A stretch of DNA of 63,870 nucleotides, filler included, from Rhabdomonas costata (GCA_019059605.1; 33 parts of 33 records of this genome joined end to end with filler, not necessarily neighbours in it); one strand, 5' to 3'; positions 50,825 through 63,830 are shown, counted from the first letter of the whole stretch. Numbers and translations are program-made. The notes: generated by a model not told the origin, from the letters alone.

Positions 50825-51863
50825 ATGCTGTCTCGCCTGCTTTTAACTGGAGGCTCGGGAGACCTGGGAGAGCTTCTATCTCGTGCACTGATTTGCTCGG
50901 GACGCTTTGTAACAAACTTGGATGTTCGGCCCCCCAGATTCTCTTCAGGCTCACCAAACTACACCTATGTCGATGGTTCAATCACCGACAGAGAGCGCCT
51001 GAAAGATGTTTTGAAAAACGTGGATTGCGTCATTCACATAGCCGCTTGGCATGGAATTCACGAGTCGCTTGGGCTGAAGGACGCGTACGCATTCTTTGAA
51101 CTGAATGTCACGGGAACATTCAACGTATGAAAGGGTTATCTTCCTGCTTTCTGTTTTTTACTTAAACTTCTGTTAGTGCTTGTCCTCTTTGCCTGGTTCA
51201 GGTTTTCGAGGCTTGCGTCCACGCCGGAGTGAGGCGTGTGGTTCTCTTGTCGAGTACCAGTATAGACAAACCCAACTCGATTTACGGGCATACGGAGGTT
51301 CTCGCTGAGGAGATTGGGAGGAGGTACTCCGCTCGTCACAAGTTGGACGTAGCCGTGCTTAGGCCGCGCGGGTTTATCCCGCACTGGAACCGGGAGGCAT
51401 GAGCTCTTGCTTTTCTCTCTTACTTTTGGTGAACGCAAAAAGTTTGAACTTGGCGGTTGGTATAAACGAGAGCTGCTTACCACGCACTGGCATCGCAACA
51501 TCCCGGTTTGGGGGAAGGTTTGAATTGATGATAGCGTCGAGACATTTTGCAAATGAATCCTGCAAAGATATTTGCTCAGTCTTTCACCATTCATAGTATA
51601 GGGCATTATTTGTGCTTTCAATGTTTCAGGTGTACAGAAATTATGTCGAGTGGGCCCAGTGGTTCTGGGGTGGGGCGGTTCACATCACTGATGTCGTTCA
51701 ATCAGTGTTATGTGCGCTGGACTGGCTTAAGCTCCCAATCGACTCTTCGGCAACCCTGGCCACGGGACCGGCGGCGGCGCTTCTTGATGGCCGGTTTGGC
51801 ACATTTGTCGTGGATGGAGGATATGAATATACCGATGACGACCTTCGCTCTTGGGATGCCGAG
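50825..51863 (+). CDS. NAD(P)-dependent epimerase/dehydratase (extended SDR), 3' truncated
   Basis: Exons 50825-51124 (LLLTGGSGDLG...VIHIAAWHG...NVTGTFN), 51202-51396 (VFEA...SSTS...YGHTE...LRPRGFIPHWNRE) and 51630-51863 (VYRNYVEWAQWFWGGAVHITDV). Confidence 0.88.
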
Positions 51864-52022
51864 GTCGAGCCAATATCTGCTTGACGTTTTGACGCCTGCG
51901 TTTTGCTTTGGTGACACGACTGCGAAATTGAAAATTTGCTTTACAGTTAGAAGAAATGAATAAATGAATGATGAAGTGAATGGAAATGGGCAGAGGTTCT
52001 GATTTTGTTTGTCTTGCTTGGA

Positions 52023-52219
52023 AATGTGATTTTATCAGGTAGGCAGACGGTTTGTGGTTGTGGAAAAGAAATGTTTGGCAAGAAGAAAAGTGCATTTTCA
52101 AGAGCTTTCGCCGAATCGGAGCTTAATGTGGCGCAAGCTCTTGAAAATGCACTTTTCTTCTTGCCAAACATTTCTTTTCCACAACCACAAACCGTCTGCC
52201 TACCTGATAAAATCACATT
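52023..52219. repeat. 85-bp perfect inverted repeat at contig end
   Basis: Arms 52023-52107 and 52135-52219. Confidence 0.9.
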
Positions 52220-52818
52220 CCCAAACCAACNNNNNNNNNNNNNNNNNNNNNNNNNNNNNNNNNNNNNNNNNNNNTTAATTAATTAANNNNNNNNNNNNNN
52301 NNNNNNNNNNNNNNNNNNNNNNNNNNNNNNGTGGGGTTGGGAAGTCCTCTCACGGTAGCGACCACACCCTCACCCCCTTCGTTCTTTGTGTGAGTGTTGG
52401 TGAGTGTGTGTTTGCGTGTGCGTGCGTGCACGGGTTGGAAAAAAAAGACTCCAACAAGCAGCAATTCAATGACCAAGCTGAGGCTATACGATTCGGCAAG
52501 CTAAACCTTTCTGGCCAAAAGCTTAGATTCAGGCCTGCAAGGGTCAAAAAGTGCACTTGGTGGTGGTTGTTCTCTTCAATATACGTTTAGTCTACAACTT
52601 ACCAGTAAGAGCAAGGAGGAGGCGAAAGAAGAAGCCTCTACGATGCACGCTTCCTGGGTGGAGCCCGGAATGGTGGGATAATGCCGGTACCAAGGAGACT
52701 CTGGTGCGCCAACGAGTTCAATTTCCCCTGCGGATGCGGGTGTTGCACGAGTCCCACCAGCCTTGAGGTCGCAGAACAAACATTTGTGCCAAGGGCAGGC
52801 AGGCAGGCAGGCACACAC

Positions 52819-53070
52819 GTTCAGGACAGTTCTGAGCTGGGCCTGGGTCATGGCGTTGATCATCTCCAGCGGGGTGCTCACCAGCTTGGTGCCCAGCAAG
52901 GGGTCCAACCTGCCCCGAAGCTGTTGCTTGTACGTGTACGACGCGCCCGCGGGGCCTGCCTGAGATTGCGTGCGGCGGAGGTGGGGGGTGGGCTCGGTGA
53001 GGTCCACCACCACGCTGTCCACCTCTGTGGGGTTGGGCAGAAGCAGCGGGTGCGCCACGGAGATCCGCTG
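52819..53070 (-). CDS. Probable exon of an unidentified protein
   Basis: GC3-rich frame VAHPLLLPNPTEVDSVVVDLTEP...EMINAMTQAQLRTVLN|GTGTGT. Start is approximate. Confidence 0.45.
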
Positions 53071-54411
53071 AAGATGGGTTCGGAGCTCATCAAAATTTCC
53101 TTAGAGAAAAAAAGAGAGAGAGGTGCATGGGTGCGTGTGCAGTGCAGGGGAATCGGAATTGAAATGAAGAGAAAGTGTGCAAAAGTCGGAACGCCGAGAC
53201 AGAGTTTTGCAATAACGCAAAACGGTACAGTATGCTTGATACATTCGCTGGTTACCGGTACTTTCCCTTCAAAGTTGCTGCTGTGGGCATATGTCGCAGC
53301 TGCAGCATGTTCAGCTTAATAGATAAAAAAGCTCTCGCCTCAACAAGAGACGAATCACATTCCTTTTACACCTCATAAGACAAATTGTAGAAAAAATATA
53401 CCAGAGCAAGAACCAACAAAAATCGCCTGCATAGTTTGCTCGGGCAATCGCACGGATGAAGTCACGGGCACAGAGGCGTGCCGAGCGACAATGGTGAAGT
53501 GTTCCCAGCCTCTGATCAAAGGGTCTTCACTGCTCTCCGAGCTTTAGGCTCAACCTGTGCCGCTGGAAAGTTAAACAGAGAGAAGAAGGGAGGCCCTGGG
53601 AGAAGTGAAAGCGCTCGTTGTAGGCCTTCTTCATGGCATCCGCCTGGGGCAGCACTGCGACGTTCCGGTCTAGGGCAACCACACGGCCCCTGAGCGAGTT
53701 GCCATGAAACATGGGTCACCCCTCGCATGTCGTGAGGGAACCCTCAGGTTTGCAGGAGAATGTGAAACCTTGTTGGAGCATGATTTTACGAAAGCCCCTT
53801 CCCCCAACTTTGGTGTCACCTCCAACCTGGTGAGCGAATTTGTTGTTCAGAGTCCGCTTCACTGAACCTTGGAGGGGTTGGGAAAGCCGACATTTTTCTC
53901 ACCTTCCTCCCTTCTCATCACCTCTCTATAAAACGCTGCTTTGTTGGCTCCTCTTTTCTATTTGCGTCGCTCATAAAGTGAATTTCCACGGCACAGGTGC
54001 CAAACACAATTTTCTTGTTGTAAAAAGTTCACAAGAGGTAGTGTCTTCCGCCAAATAATTCCCTGTTACAACTACGAATATGCCCATAAGGGAGGAACCT
54101 GCCCCTCGCTCCTCTGCTCTCGGCTACTGGCCCTCTCTCTCTCACAACACCCCCCCAACACACCCAANNNNNNNNNNNNNNNNNNNNNNNNNNNNNNNNN
54201 NNNNNNNNNNNTTAATTAATTAANNNNNNNNNNNNNNNNNNNNNNNNNNNNNNNNNNNNNNNNNNNNTGTGGGTGTGTTTGGGTGGGTGGGTATTCTTGG
54301 TGCTCTTGACCTTCTGTAGTCGGGATGAGTGGGTTTTACACTGGGCTTGAGGATCTGTCTTCTGAGTTCGCGTCTCTGGGTGTCGGCATTCGTTGTTGGG
54401 AAATGGCTCAT

Positions 54412-56000
54412 CGAACGTACACGCAACCCAACACCCAGCACCTCCCATGAGCCATTTCCCAACAACGAATGCCTATCCCCACTCCGCACCTCCCATGAAA
54501 CAGAAAACCTGTAACCACGAAACGCGACCCCAAGACCGAAACGCGAACCCTACATCCCACGACACTGCTTCGATACCGATACACCGTACGCACCCACATC
54601 CACGAACCCCAGAATCCACCACCCGAACTCCGAACCCCGACACCTTCACGCCAAACCCCTACAGCACCGGAATCACCACGCAACTACTACCAGCACCACG
54701 AACGCAGAAACCGAACCCGGAGACAGAACCCAAAACGGAGACGCAAAACCCTGACCCTCTAACCCTCACGCACACCAGCACAACACAAGCACAGTACATA
54801 CGCTAGCACCCGACCCCAAAGACGCGACCCCGAAGACCCAACACGAAATGCCGACTCACCACATCCTCGACTCGGGAACACACAAGCACTCACAAAGCAC
54901 TACGACACGAAAGCCTCCAACCACCGAAATCCACGCTCCAACTCCGAACCCAGAACCCAACCCCGAAGACAGAACCCAGAAGGCGAATACCGGTGTTGGC
55001 CCTTCCATAGCATCCAACAACCACGAATGCAAATCCAAGAAGGCGGACTTCGAAAGTAACGACACAAGATCCCCTACACAGCTACGCGAACCCGAATACT
55101 CAACGAAAGCACTGACCACCACAGGAACCACACCACACGAAGGCCCTACCCGACACACACGCAAAGATGAACCCAGCTCCTCCCATGGAAACTTCTCCCA
55201 ACATCGAATGCCTAACCTGCAAGGTAACCACCACCCATCATCATAGGACCGAAGACCGCTGCAACCTGACAACGAAGGCAGAAACGCGAAGGCAGAAACC
55301 CAACCCCATGTCCAGAACCAAAGTCACCACCAAACAGCCCGTAGGCACAAACCTCTAGCTCCCAGCGTTGCAGCCTAGTCACCCCGAACCCAGAACCCAG
55401 AACCCAAACCCCGAAGGCCAGAAGACGAATGACGACACCGAATACCGCTACGTAAGCGCATTGAACTCAAAGACGAAGGCCAGAACCCCGAACTCAGAAC
55501 CCCTCGAAATCCAACACCTCCCATGGATACCTGTCCCTAGACTGAATGCATGAACCCCAATGCACACCTCCCATCACCACTAAAGACCCCGAATGCCAAA
55601 TTCCGAACACAGAATGCCGATACCATGAAACCCTCGACTCGGAGACACTAACACCCTAAGACCCTCAAATGCACGAACCCGCGAACCCCAAAGACCAACG
55701 AAACGCCGAAATCTAACCCAGGACCCAAAATCAGAAACCCTAAAGACCCAGGGGTGAAAAAACACCCTCCCTCAGACCCCAACCCCAGAATCCAAGATGC
55801 ATGCCCACCAACATCCACCATCACCTCGGCACCCAACCCACCCATACCACCCACTACCACCACCAGACCTACGCACATCCTCACCCTCCATCTCAGCGTA
55901 AGGGTACCCCTCATGCACCCACATACCACAGCAAGACATACGCACTCTTGACTCCGAATACCGACCCCAGAACCACTCGGCATGACTCGACCACAGATGC
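54412..56000 (+). repeat. C/A-skewed degenerate repeat (GAACCC/CCCAGAA units and recurring CACCTCCCAT)
   Basis: The + strand is T/G-poor. A (CA)CCTCCCAT core recurs near 54439, 54487, 55177, 55515 and 55565. Confidence 0.7.
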
Positions 56001-56288
56001 ACCCTCTATGCCTACGTGGTTTCTGGGGCCCCCTGGACTCAGAGCTGGTCGCATACTCTACTACGTTACGTATGCTCCCTAGATGCGCTCAAAGACACAC
56101 ACACNNNNNNNNNNNNNNNNNNNNNNNNNNNNNNNNNNNNNNNNNNNNTTAATTAATTAANNNNNNNNNNNNNNNNNNNNNNNNNNNNNNNNNNNNNNNN
56201 NNNNGTTTTTGATGTGGAATCCTAAACCAAGAACCAAAATCAGGTGTTCTCCCCATGGTGTATGGCAGGCGTTGTTTCCGGTCCACAG

Positions 56289-57705
56289 GCACTGAAGGTG
56301 GATTGCGCGGTGTATGGTAACCACGACTTCGACTTCGGGCCGGAGGAACTGATCAAGCTCGCCGGACCGTGCGAGATCCCGTGGATCATGAGCAACGTTA
56401 TTGACACTCGCAACGGTGTAATTTTGTCTGTGTGTTCGCATGTGACTTTCAAGACTTGAGAAGCGGAGTGGGACATCGCAGAATCCGTTTTGAAGCAATT
56501 GAGCATATTCTTGGAGGAAGACCGGATCGCGTTGACGTCACTCCGATACTCCGATGCTCTGGCATAGCAACCTGCCTGCTCGTCGTCATCATGTGCCCTT
56601 CAAAAATGCTCCCCACAGCTGCTTCAATTTGCAATAAATTCTTACAATATGCCAAAACCGACAACGGTCATTCACCCCCGAGGCGCGGCGTACAAGGAAC
56701 CGAAAGATCTCAGAAGAGATTTGAATACATCGGTCACCGTGCCGTCGAGCCGGTTCCAATAACTTCCATTAATCGGTGAAATTACGCGTCGGTTGGCGTA
56801 CCCAAAGATCCGCGTTGGAGGTCTTGAACCAAAATATGAACTTTTGCACCGCATCACATATGTAGCCATCGAGTACTCTGTACATCTTATAGGCCTCCCC
56901 GTGGCCAACGCCCGCAAGCACCACATCATTCAGAAGGGCCAGGCCAAGATTGGGCTGATCGGGATCGTTGAGGAGGAGTGGCTGGCGACGATCCGGGAGC
57001 TGCCTGGGTACGTGCGGTATATGGACACGGTGGAGAGTGCGCAGACGGAGATCGCCTCCCTGAAGAAGCAAGGTTTGTGTGAGTGTGTATGTGTGTGCCT
57101 GCAAATACAGCTCTCACCTTGGTCACGGTTCGCTGTAAAAGTAACTCTGTGGCAATGGGCCTCGGGGACCAGCTTTGAACGTCACCATGCAATCGCTGAA
57201 CGGACGCAATGGTGAGCAAGCCGCAGGCGGTGTGGTTCATTAGTTGTTCTTCGTGTGTGTGTGTGTGTGTGTGTGTGTGTTGAAATCCCGCTGGAGGCAG
57301 AAAAGACCTCCACCAAAACAAGGCCTTGTGCACATGGTGTGTGTGTTTGTATGTGTGTGTTGTTCAATACGGGTTTCTTTGATCTGATATTTAGGGTGCA
57401 ACATGATCATCGCGCTGACCCACATGCGGGAGAACAACGACGAGCGCTTCCTGCAGGCCGTTCCCCAGGTGGACCTCCTGCTGGGCGGGCATGACCACTT
57501 CTACAAGGTACGTGCCCCATGTTCTGGGTGCTCCCCCACCCCTGCGGCTCACCTCATCTGCCTCGCGAAACTAGCCAACTTGTTCCGATGCCAGCACATT
57601 TGGCGATATGGACCGTGTTGATGGTGCTCCGCGCAGGTGGGGGACGTGGGCGGTGTGAAGTTCATCAAGAGCAGCGCGGACTTCCAGAACACCACTTTTA
57701 TTCAG
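56289..57705 (+). CDS. 5'-nucleotidase N-terminal calcineurin-like metallophosphoesterase domain, partial
   Basis: Exons 56289-56415 (AVYGNHDFDFG...PWIMSNV), 56893-57072 (KIGLIGIVEEEW), 57395-57507 (IIALTHMR..ND...VDLLLGGHDH) and 57637-57705 (IKSSADF). Confidence 0.93.
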
Positions 57706-58399
57706 GTGTGCGGGTGTTCGTTTGTCGCGGCGCTGCGGCAAGGGACTGCCGTGGGGCGCTTCGCTGGGTGCTGCGCAGTGCTGTGCTGTTGGACGCACGA
57801 CATTCCACACGGTGCAATGGAAGTTGGGGGTAGGGTGTGATAACGATTTTTGCTATTGAGCATATTTTAAAAAGTTGTTGAAGGGCCCCGAGGCCAGCCA
57901 CCCGGTCCGGCCGCGGCCGGATTTGCCTTCACCCCGAAATTAATTTTGTCCTTCTCGTACGGCCACAACCCGAACCCTGAGCCAGCAGTAGTTTTCAGCT
58001 GCTAAGTAAAAACATTCATCCCTGGGGCACTGGCTTACCAAAACCCCNNNNNNNNNNNNNNNNNNNNNNNNNNNNNNNNNNNNNNNNNNNNTTAATTAAT
58101 TAANNNNNNNNNNNNNNNNNNNNNNNNNNNNNNNNNNNNNNNNNNNNGGGTGTGGGTGGTCGTTCACACATCCCAAGGAGAAGTGTGAGATGCGTCTCAA
58201 CAAGAGAAATCAGCCTTACCAAAAGGAGGACGGAGCTTCTGGAAAAAGTAGCTGCCCGACAAAAACCCGAGACGCGAGAGCGCATGCGGAACGCTCGGCG
58301 ATGAGCCGGTACGGTCGCAAGCACCAATGTGAGCTGGTGAACAGGTAGGTGAGCACCCGTTGGCTATCAACGAGCGCATGGACGTATCGTTCTTTTCAG

Positions 58400-58597
58400 G
58401 AGATTCACGGGCTGCCGTACCAATCTTTCCTCAACCTGCTCCACCTATGCGGGGAGGAGCTTGGACTGATGGACCTCGACGACGAGAGCCTCGATGACTA
58501 CGTCCCTCGGGCCGTCCTGGAGGGTTTTGTGGCGGAGTTTGTGGAGAGCTACTGGGAGGCCCTTCGGGCCATCGAGCTGCTCGACACCCTAGATTGA
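58400..58597 (+). CDS. Terminal exon of an unidentified acidic protein
   Basis: TTTTCAG|EIHGLPYQSFLNLLHLCGEELG...AIELLDTLD-stop with strong C/G third-position bias. Confidence 0.55.
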   Translation, partial: EIHGLPYQSFLNLLHLCGEELGLMDLDDESLDDYVPRAVLEGFVAEFVESYWEALRAIELLDTLD

Positions 58598-59419
58598 TGA
58601 ATACCCCACAGTTGGTCGCGACCACTGTCGGCCTGACTGACCACTGACGGCACCAGAACTGGCCTTGTCAAAAAATCCCTTTGTTATGGGGTCTTCTCGG
58701 GGAGCAAATAAGCACGGTCGGTTGTAGTGGGAGGCTATTCAGACATGTTTGTCTGTGTAGGCGAACTGCAGTGGTGGTGTACTTTTGTTCTCATGTTGCC
58801 TGTGATCCTTTGCTGTCCTTCTGGCAGGTTGTACCCCCAGCTACACAGCTAGTGGTGTAGTTCAGTTTCGTTCGGGAGCTTTTCGGTGTTAATGCAGATC
58901 AATATTTGTGCGGCCTTCAGCGAACGCTGTTTTACTCACAAAAGGGTGTTTGCACTTTTTCGTTGGAAGGCGGCTGCAATTCTCTGGCGCTGCATTGACT
59001 GTGGGTAATTTTCCGGTCCGCAGAATCAGCAGAAATGGCTCGTCAGCGGAAAAGTCTGCGTTTTTATTAGGGGCCGCGGACGGAAACCGGGGCTTACATG
59101 TTTACCTCGCAAACCTCAAGGCCCCACCAGTTGTAACGAATGCCCTCCGCATGTGGTGACACGGGAAAACGGGAAGGAGAAACGAGAAGGGGTGCGAGCG
59201 CTGTGTTCCTGCGGAGCACTGCACCTTAGAGGGTGCGCGCAAGCGCGTAGCGGTGGAGGGAATGAACCATCATACGTAGGGAGGAACGACCGTAGCATCG
59301 CGAAGGGAAGTGCCGACCGGCAAAGACACAAAGCCCCGAAGCCCCCAGGATAATCCTACACCCAAGAATGCCCTTAGAATGACTGGGAAGTCGTAGAAGG
59401 TCAAAGTCACGTAGCGTAG

Positions 59420-59985
59420 CTAACTCACACATCACCACACCACCCCTACACGTCACGCCGACATCCCGACACAGCACACGTTGACAGACAGAAGCACGCT
59501 TGCGTAGCATGAAACACCCTTTGACACACAACCACTGACACAGCACTTGGAACCACCAGCCACACTTCACACCACTCCTGACACTCCTTCCAACACACAC
59601 AGCCCTTACGGACACGTTGACACAAGCACACCACAGGACCAGCACACTAAGCCTGACATCAGCACACAACCCCTCTACAGCCACAGCAACAGTGACATCA
59701 ACACCAACAGGAATCAGGGAGCATGGAAGAGACAGACACGAAGACAGAGGGCATGGTTGAAGGCACACAGACAGAGACAGACCCTGAGACATAGAGCGAA
59801 GGACACACAGCAGCACCAACAGGAAGCACGACAGAAGCAGCGACACCAACACCAGCCAACCACCCAACGCAACAGCCAGAACCAACGCAAGCACCACCAA
59901 CATCTAAAGCACCAGCAGCACCAACATCCAACGTACCAACATCCAACGCACCAGCTCCAACCACACCACGAACCCCTACAGCATC
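59420..59985 (+). repeat. C/A-rich low-complexity tract
   Basis: CACA/CAGCAC/CCAACA mosaic. The overlapping ORFs are low-complexity. Confidence 0.7.
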
Positions 59986-60364
59986 NNNNNNNNNNNNNNN
60001 NNNNNNNNNNNNNNNNNNNNNNNNNNNNNTTAATTAATTAANNNNNNNNNNNNNNNNNNNNNNNNNNNNNNNNNNNNNNNNNNNNGTGTTTGTTGTGCAT
60101 GTGTCGGAAGCATAGCTCTGTTGATGAGAAGACCATGCTAGGGGTAATCCTCGTGCATCGGGAAGATGATTACTCCACACGTATATTCCACCAGTGATCT
60201 GTAGTGTCCAGTTTTCCAGTTGGCAATACGGCCTCCTTTGCGCTCTCGCACGTGCGGGACTATCAAGACCAAAACTAACAAGACCATGATAATCCACGGG
60301 GGCTCAATTGCTGTTGGTTTTTAGATTGCTTCTGATGCCTTACTTGCGGTCCGTTTGCTCCCAG

Positions 60365-60591
60365 GACGTCGCAAACATTGTGGAGAAGGCCACCAAGGAG
60401 CTGAGCATTGAGAAGAACCTGAAGAAGATTATCGACGTCTGGGAGAACATGGCCTTCACATACGAGCGCAACGAGACTCTGAACACCACCTGCTGGGCCC
60501 AATCGACGACATCATTGAGGTGCTGGAGGACAACAACAACCTCCTGCAGACCATGCAGGCCAACCGCTTTGTCGAGTACTTCATTGAGCAG
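60365..60591 (+). CDS. Dynein heavy chain (N2/linker region) exon with 1-nt frameshift
   Basis: DVANIVEKATKELSIEKNLKKIIDVWENMAF...NT, then after a frame change near 60488 LLGPIDDIIEVLEDNNNLLQTMQANRFVEYFIEQ|GT. Confidence 0.85.
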
Positions 60592-62350
60592 GTTGGTGAG
60601 CGACTTGGTTTTATTCATTCATTTTGAGGATATTTTCATGGGGGGGGGGGGGTGAGAATACGACTGCGAAAAAATCACGTCATCACCCGCCGCCCGAAAA
60701 ATTTGAAAACACCGCACGCATGGGTGCGTATCACTTAGGCTTAGCTTGCAACCTGGGGTTTTGGAGCGGAAACTGCCTTGCACCGGGCAAGGTAACACAA
60801 GTTCTGGAAGAGGGTGGAGTATTCACCGCTTGCATGTCACCATTGCGCACCAGGGACCCCTCCAGACCTTCAGGCAACGAAAGGCCCTCATTTCACTAAT
60901 AGGGTTATCGTGCAATCATACAAACAAAAACAAAAAGCCGTTATTACTTGCCCGCTTGCGCAAGGATGGCGGGCCCACAGTTAAACTGATGGACGCTGAT
61001 GCAGCCTCAAGCAAATCGACCCCAAAACTCTGCTGCCGTGCAAATCCCGACCAGGGTTTCAGAGAAGCTCCAAGGGCAAAACACACTGATTCGGTTGGCA
61101 AAAGTGTGAGCCATCCAGCGACCGAAAAGCCGCCAGAGACCACAGAAGGGCAGACAGGGACCGACAAAGGACCACCATCCACCCACTCACCTATACCGAC
61201 ATACCCACTTACACACACAAACACAAGGAAGATCTCACACAAACGTTCGTGAGCTTTGGACCTCGCTCTCTCAGCTCACCTGTAAAGTACAGCATACAAG
61301 ACAAAAAAAGAACGGGTTGGGTGCGTGTGTGGGCGCTCACACCATTCTCAGGAGGAAGATGTAGTGGGACAGCTACTGCACAAAACGGCCCGCACTAGTC
61401 CTAGTGAGAGAGGCAAACTCTTGGCCTGCTCCGACGTCCCGGGAGTTGCTAAAAAAAAGGGCTCTCGAGAAGCCTTCTTCGTCTTTTTTCTTTGAAGAAT
61501 GAGGAGAAGGAGGAGGCGAAGAAAGAGGCCGAAATCGTAGAAAACCCAATGATGGACACAAAGGGAAACTAACTCTCTGAAGGGCGGCAAACAGCTCTCA
61601 AACATCTCCAGTACATGCCTTCGACGCAGGCAGAATTTTTTTTTCCAAATCACAGACTGTGGTGTGGAGACGAACTTAACCGTCAGTTTCAACTCCACAG
61701 ATGGACGCATAGGAAGCGAGAAGGGAAAGAGAATCGACAGGAAAGCAGCACTGCACCAAAAAGATCACCGCGACAGTGTCGAGTTGAGATACGGGAATCA
61801 CACTCAACTCAACGGGCAGCGAGCAGAGCAGAGCAGAGCAGACTCCTCCAAAACCACAAGCGAACAAGCGAAAAGAATACCCCGACACATACACACACAA
61901 CAGATTTTCCACCAAAAACCNNNNNNNNNNNNNNNNNNNNNNNNNNNNNNNNNNNNNNNNNNNNTTAATTAATTAANNNNNNNNNNNNNNNNNNNNNNNN
62001 NNNNNNNNNNNNNNNNNNNNGGGTGTGGGGTGAGCTTATTCTCCGTCAAGATCTGCTCTGTCGAACTGGAAAAAAATATTCAAAGGGTTTAGCAGAGTGG
62101 TGAGCGAAGACCGACTTACCTCTGTGTTCTTCCTCTCCCCTTTTTCCTTGCTTCTCGGAGTGTCCTGCAATTCACATGTCATGCTGGCTGGAACTGACTC
62201 CCCTAGTGTCACTGATCCACCTATGATTCGCACTTAAAATTGTGCGCTTGACATCAGGCGTGTGCGTTGCTGCTATTTTGTGTTTCCCGTCGGGTCTGAG
62301 GAGGCACAAGTGAAGAAAGGCCATTTATATTGCCGCTTAGTTCCAGAAAA

Positions 62351-63636
62351 ATGGACGTGGTGGCGGTGGCCGAAGAGCGCACCCAGTGGCCCACCAAGGG
62401 GGCCTTCGTGCTGGCCGCGGTGGGCGCGGGATTTGGTAGCCTGTTCCGGTTCCCATTTGTGGCGCTGCGGCACGGCGGGGCACCTTTCGTGTACGCTTAT
62501 GCATTGCTGATGGTCACAGTGGGCTTCCCTGTGCTGGTGCTGGAGCTGGCTCTTGGGCAGGTCTACCAGCAGGGCGCCCCACGGGCCCTGAAGAAGGTCC
62601 ACCCAGCTCTGGCAGGTGTGCCCCCACTTCCTTTCCCACAAAACCCGCCTCACCTCCCACACATGCACACCAACGCCGGTTCTGGGACATACCAAGTTCA
62701 CGCAACTGCCCCAATTTATTTGTGCATTCGTTTTACGAAAATGGGCTGCATCGCACAATAAATACAAACTTGCCGATATCAAGGTCATCCGCACACTGCG
62801 AGAATGCCAAAGTGCGCAGCTGCTATTCACCTTTTGCAACATCTTTTTGGTTAATCATATGCTGATGCGCCATTGCAATAATGCTGATGTAATTAATTAC
62901 CTTGCTTTGTGCTGAACAAAATGGACAAGCTACTCATGATCTTAAGCTCTGCTAAAGTATTTGAATGGCTTCTTCTTTTGCAGCAATGTTGGCCGCGAAT
63001 CGCAAGTTCCGGTCTGAACCAAGGCACACCCGTAAGGAGACGGAGGAAGAGTACGTTGGAAGGTTTCGGAGCAAGTGTTTTGATCACGCGATCAATAATT
63101 TGCACAGGGTGTCTATTTTTGGCCGGGATGAAGATTATGGGTGATTCGTTCTGAGGGGCACTTGGGATACGCACTCCCTCCGGTCTTCGCTTGTGTCAAA
63201 GTGGGGACATTTGCGGACAGCCCTGAAGCACGTCCTTTGCAACGAGCTTGAAAATGGGCTCACTCCTTCTGCGCTGAGCCCATGAGCGTCCTAGTCATCT
63301 ACTACTCGTCTATCGCGCGCGCGCACACACACACACACACACAAGGAAGGAGTGTGGAGTCGCAGAGACCTGAGCCGCAATGGAGCAGTGCAGGTAGCCG
63401 CTGGAAAAGAGCAGCTGCGCGACAATGGCCCGGGACCCACGGGGCTGAAGGGAGGTTACCAGATGTGGAACGTTGCGGTGAGCGGTGAGCCGTTTTCGGT
63501 TCCCCATGGCACCGTTCGCTCCAACGGCACCTCTCGCGAGCACCCGTGGCCAACAGCGCATGCGCCAGTACTCCACAGTGGTCACCAGCAACCAGTCAAC
63601 CAGTCAACCAGGCAACAGCCAGCGCGCAATGCGCCC

Positions 63637-63676
<40 letters not shown>

Positions 63677-63830
63677 GCTATCACACTGGGCTTCTGCACG
63701 CACACCTGCTCAACCACACAGGGGTGGGGTACCTCGCCACTCTGACCGCGCTGGCGCAGGGCACCTTCCTGTGCGTGGCGAGCTGCTGGTCGGTGTTCTA
63801 CTTTTTCGGGAGCTTCACGTTTCCCCTGCA
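62351..63830 (+). CDS. Neurotransmitter:sodium symporter (NSS/SLC6) family transporter, N-terminal fragment
   Basis: Exon 62351-62615 (R.QW....F.LAAVG...RFPF...HGG..F..AY...G.PVLVLELALGQ) joins in phase to an exon starting at 63722 (GVGY...WSVFYFFGSFTFPL). Confidence 0.85.

Noticed and set aside
59226..59985. Hydrophobic 225-aa ORF and Gln/His-rich antisense ORF
   Set aside because: Both are by-products of a C/A low-complexity tract that lacks stop codons.
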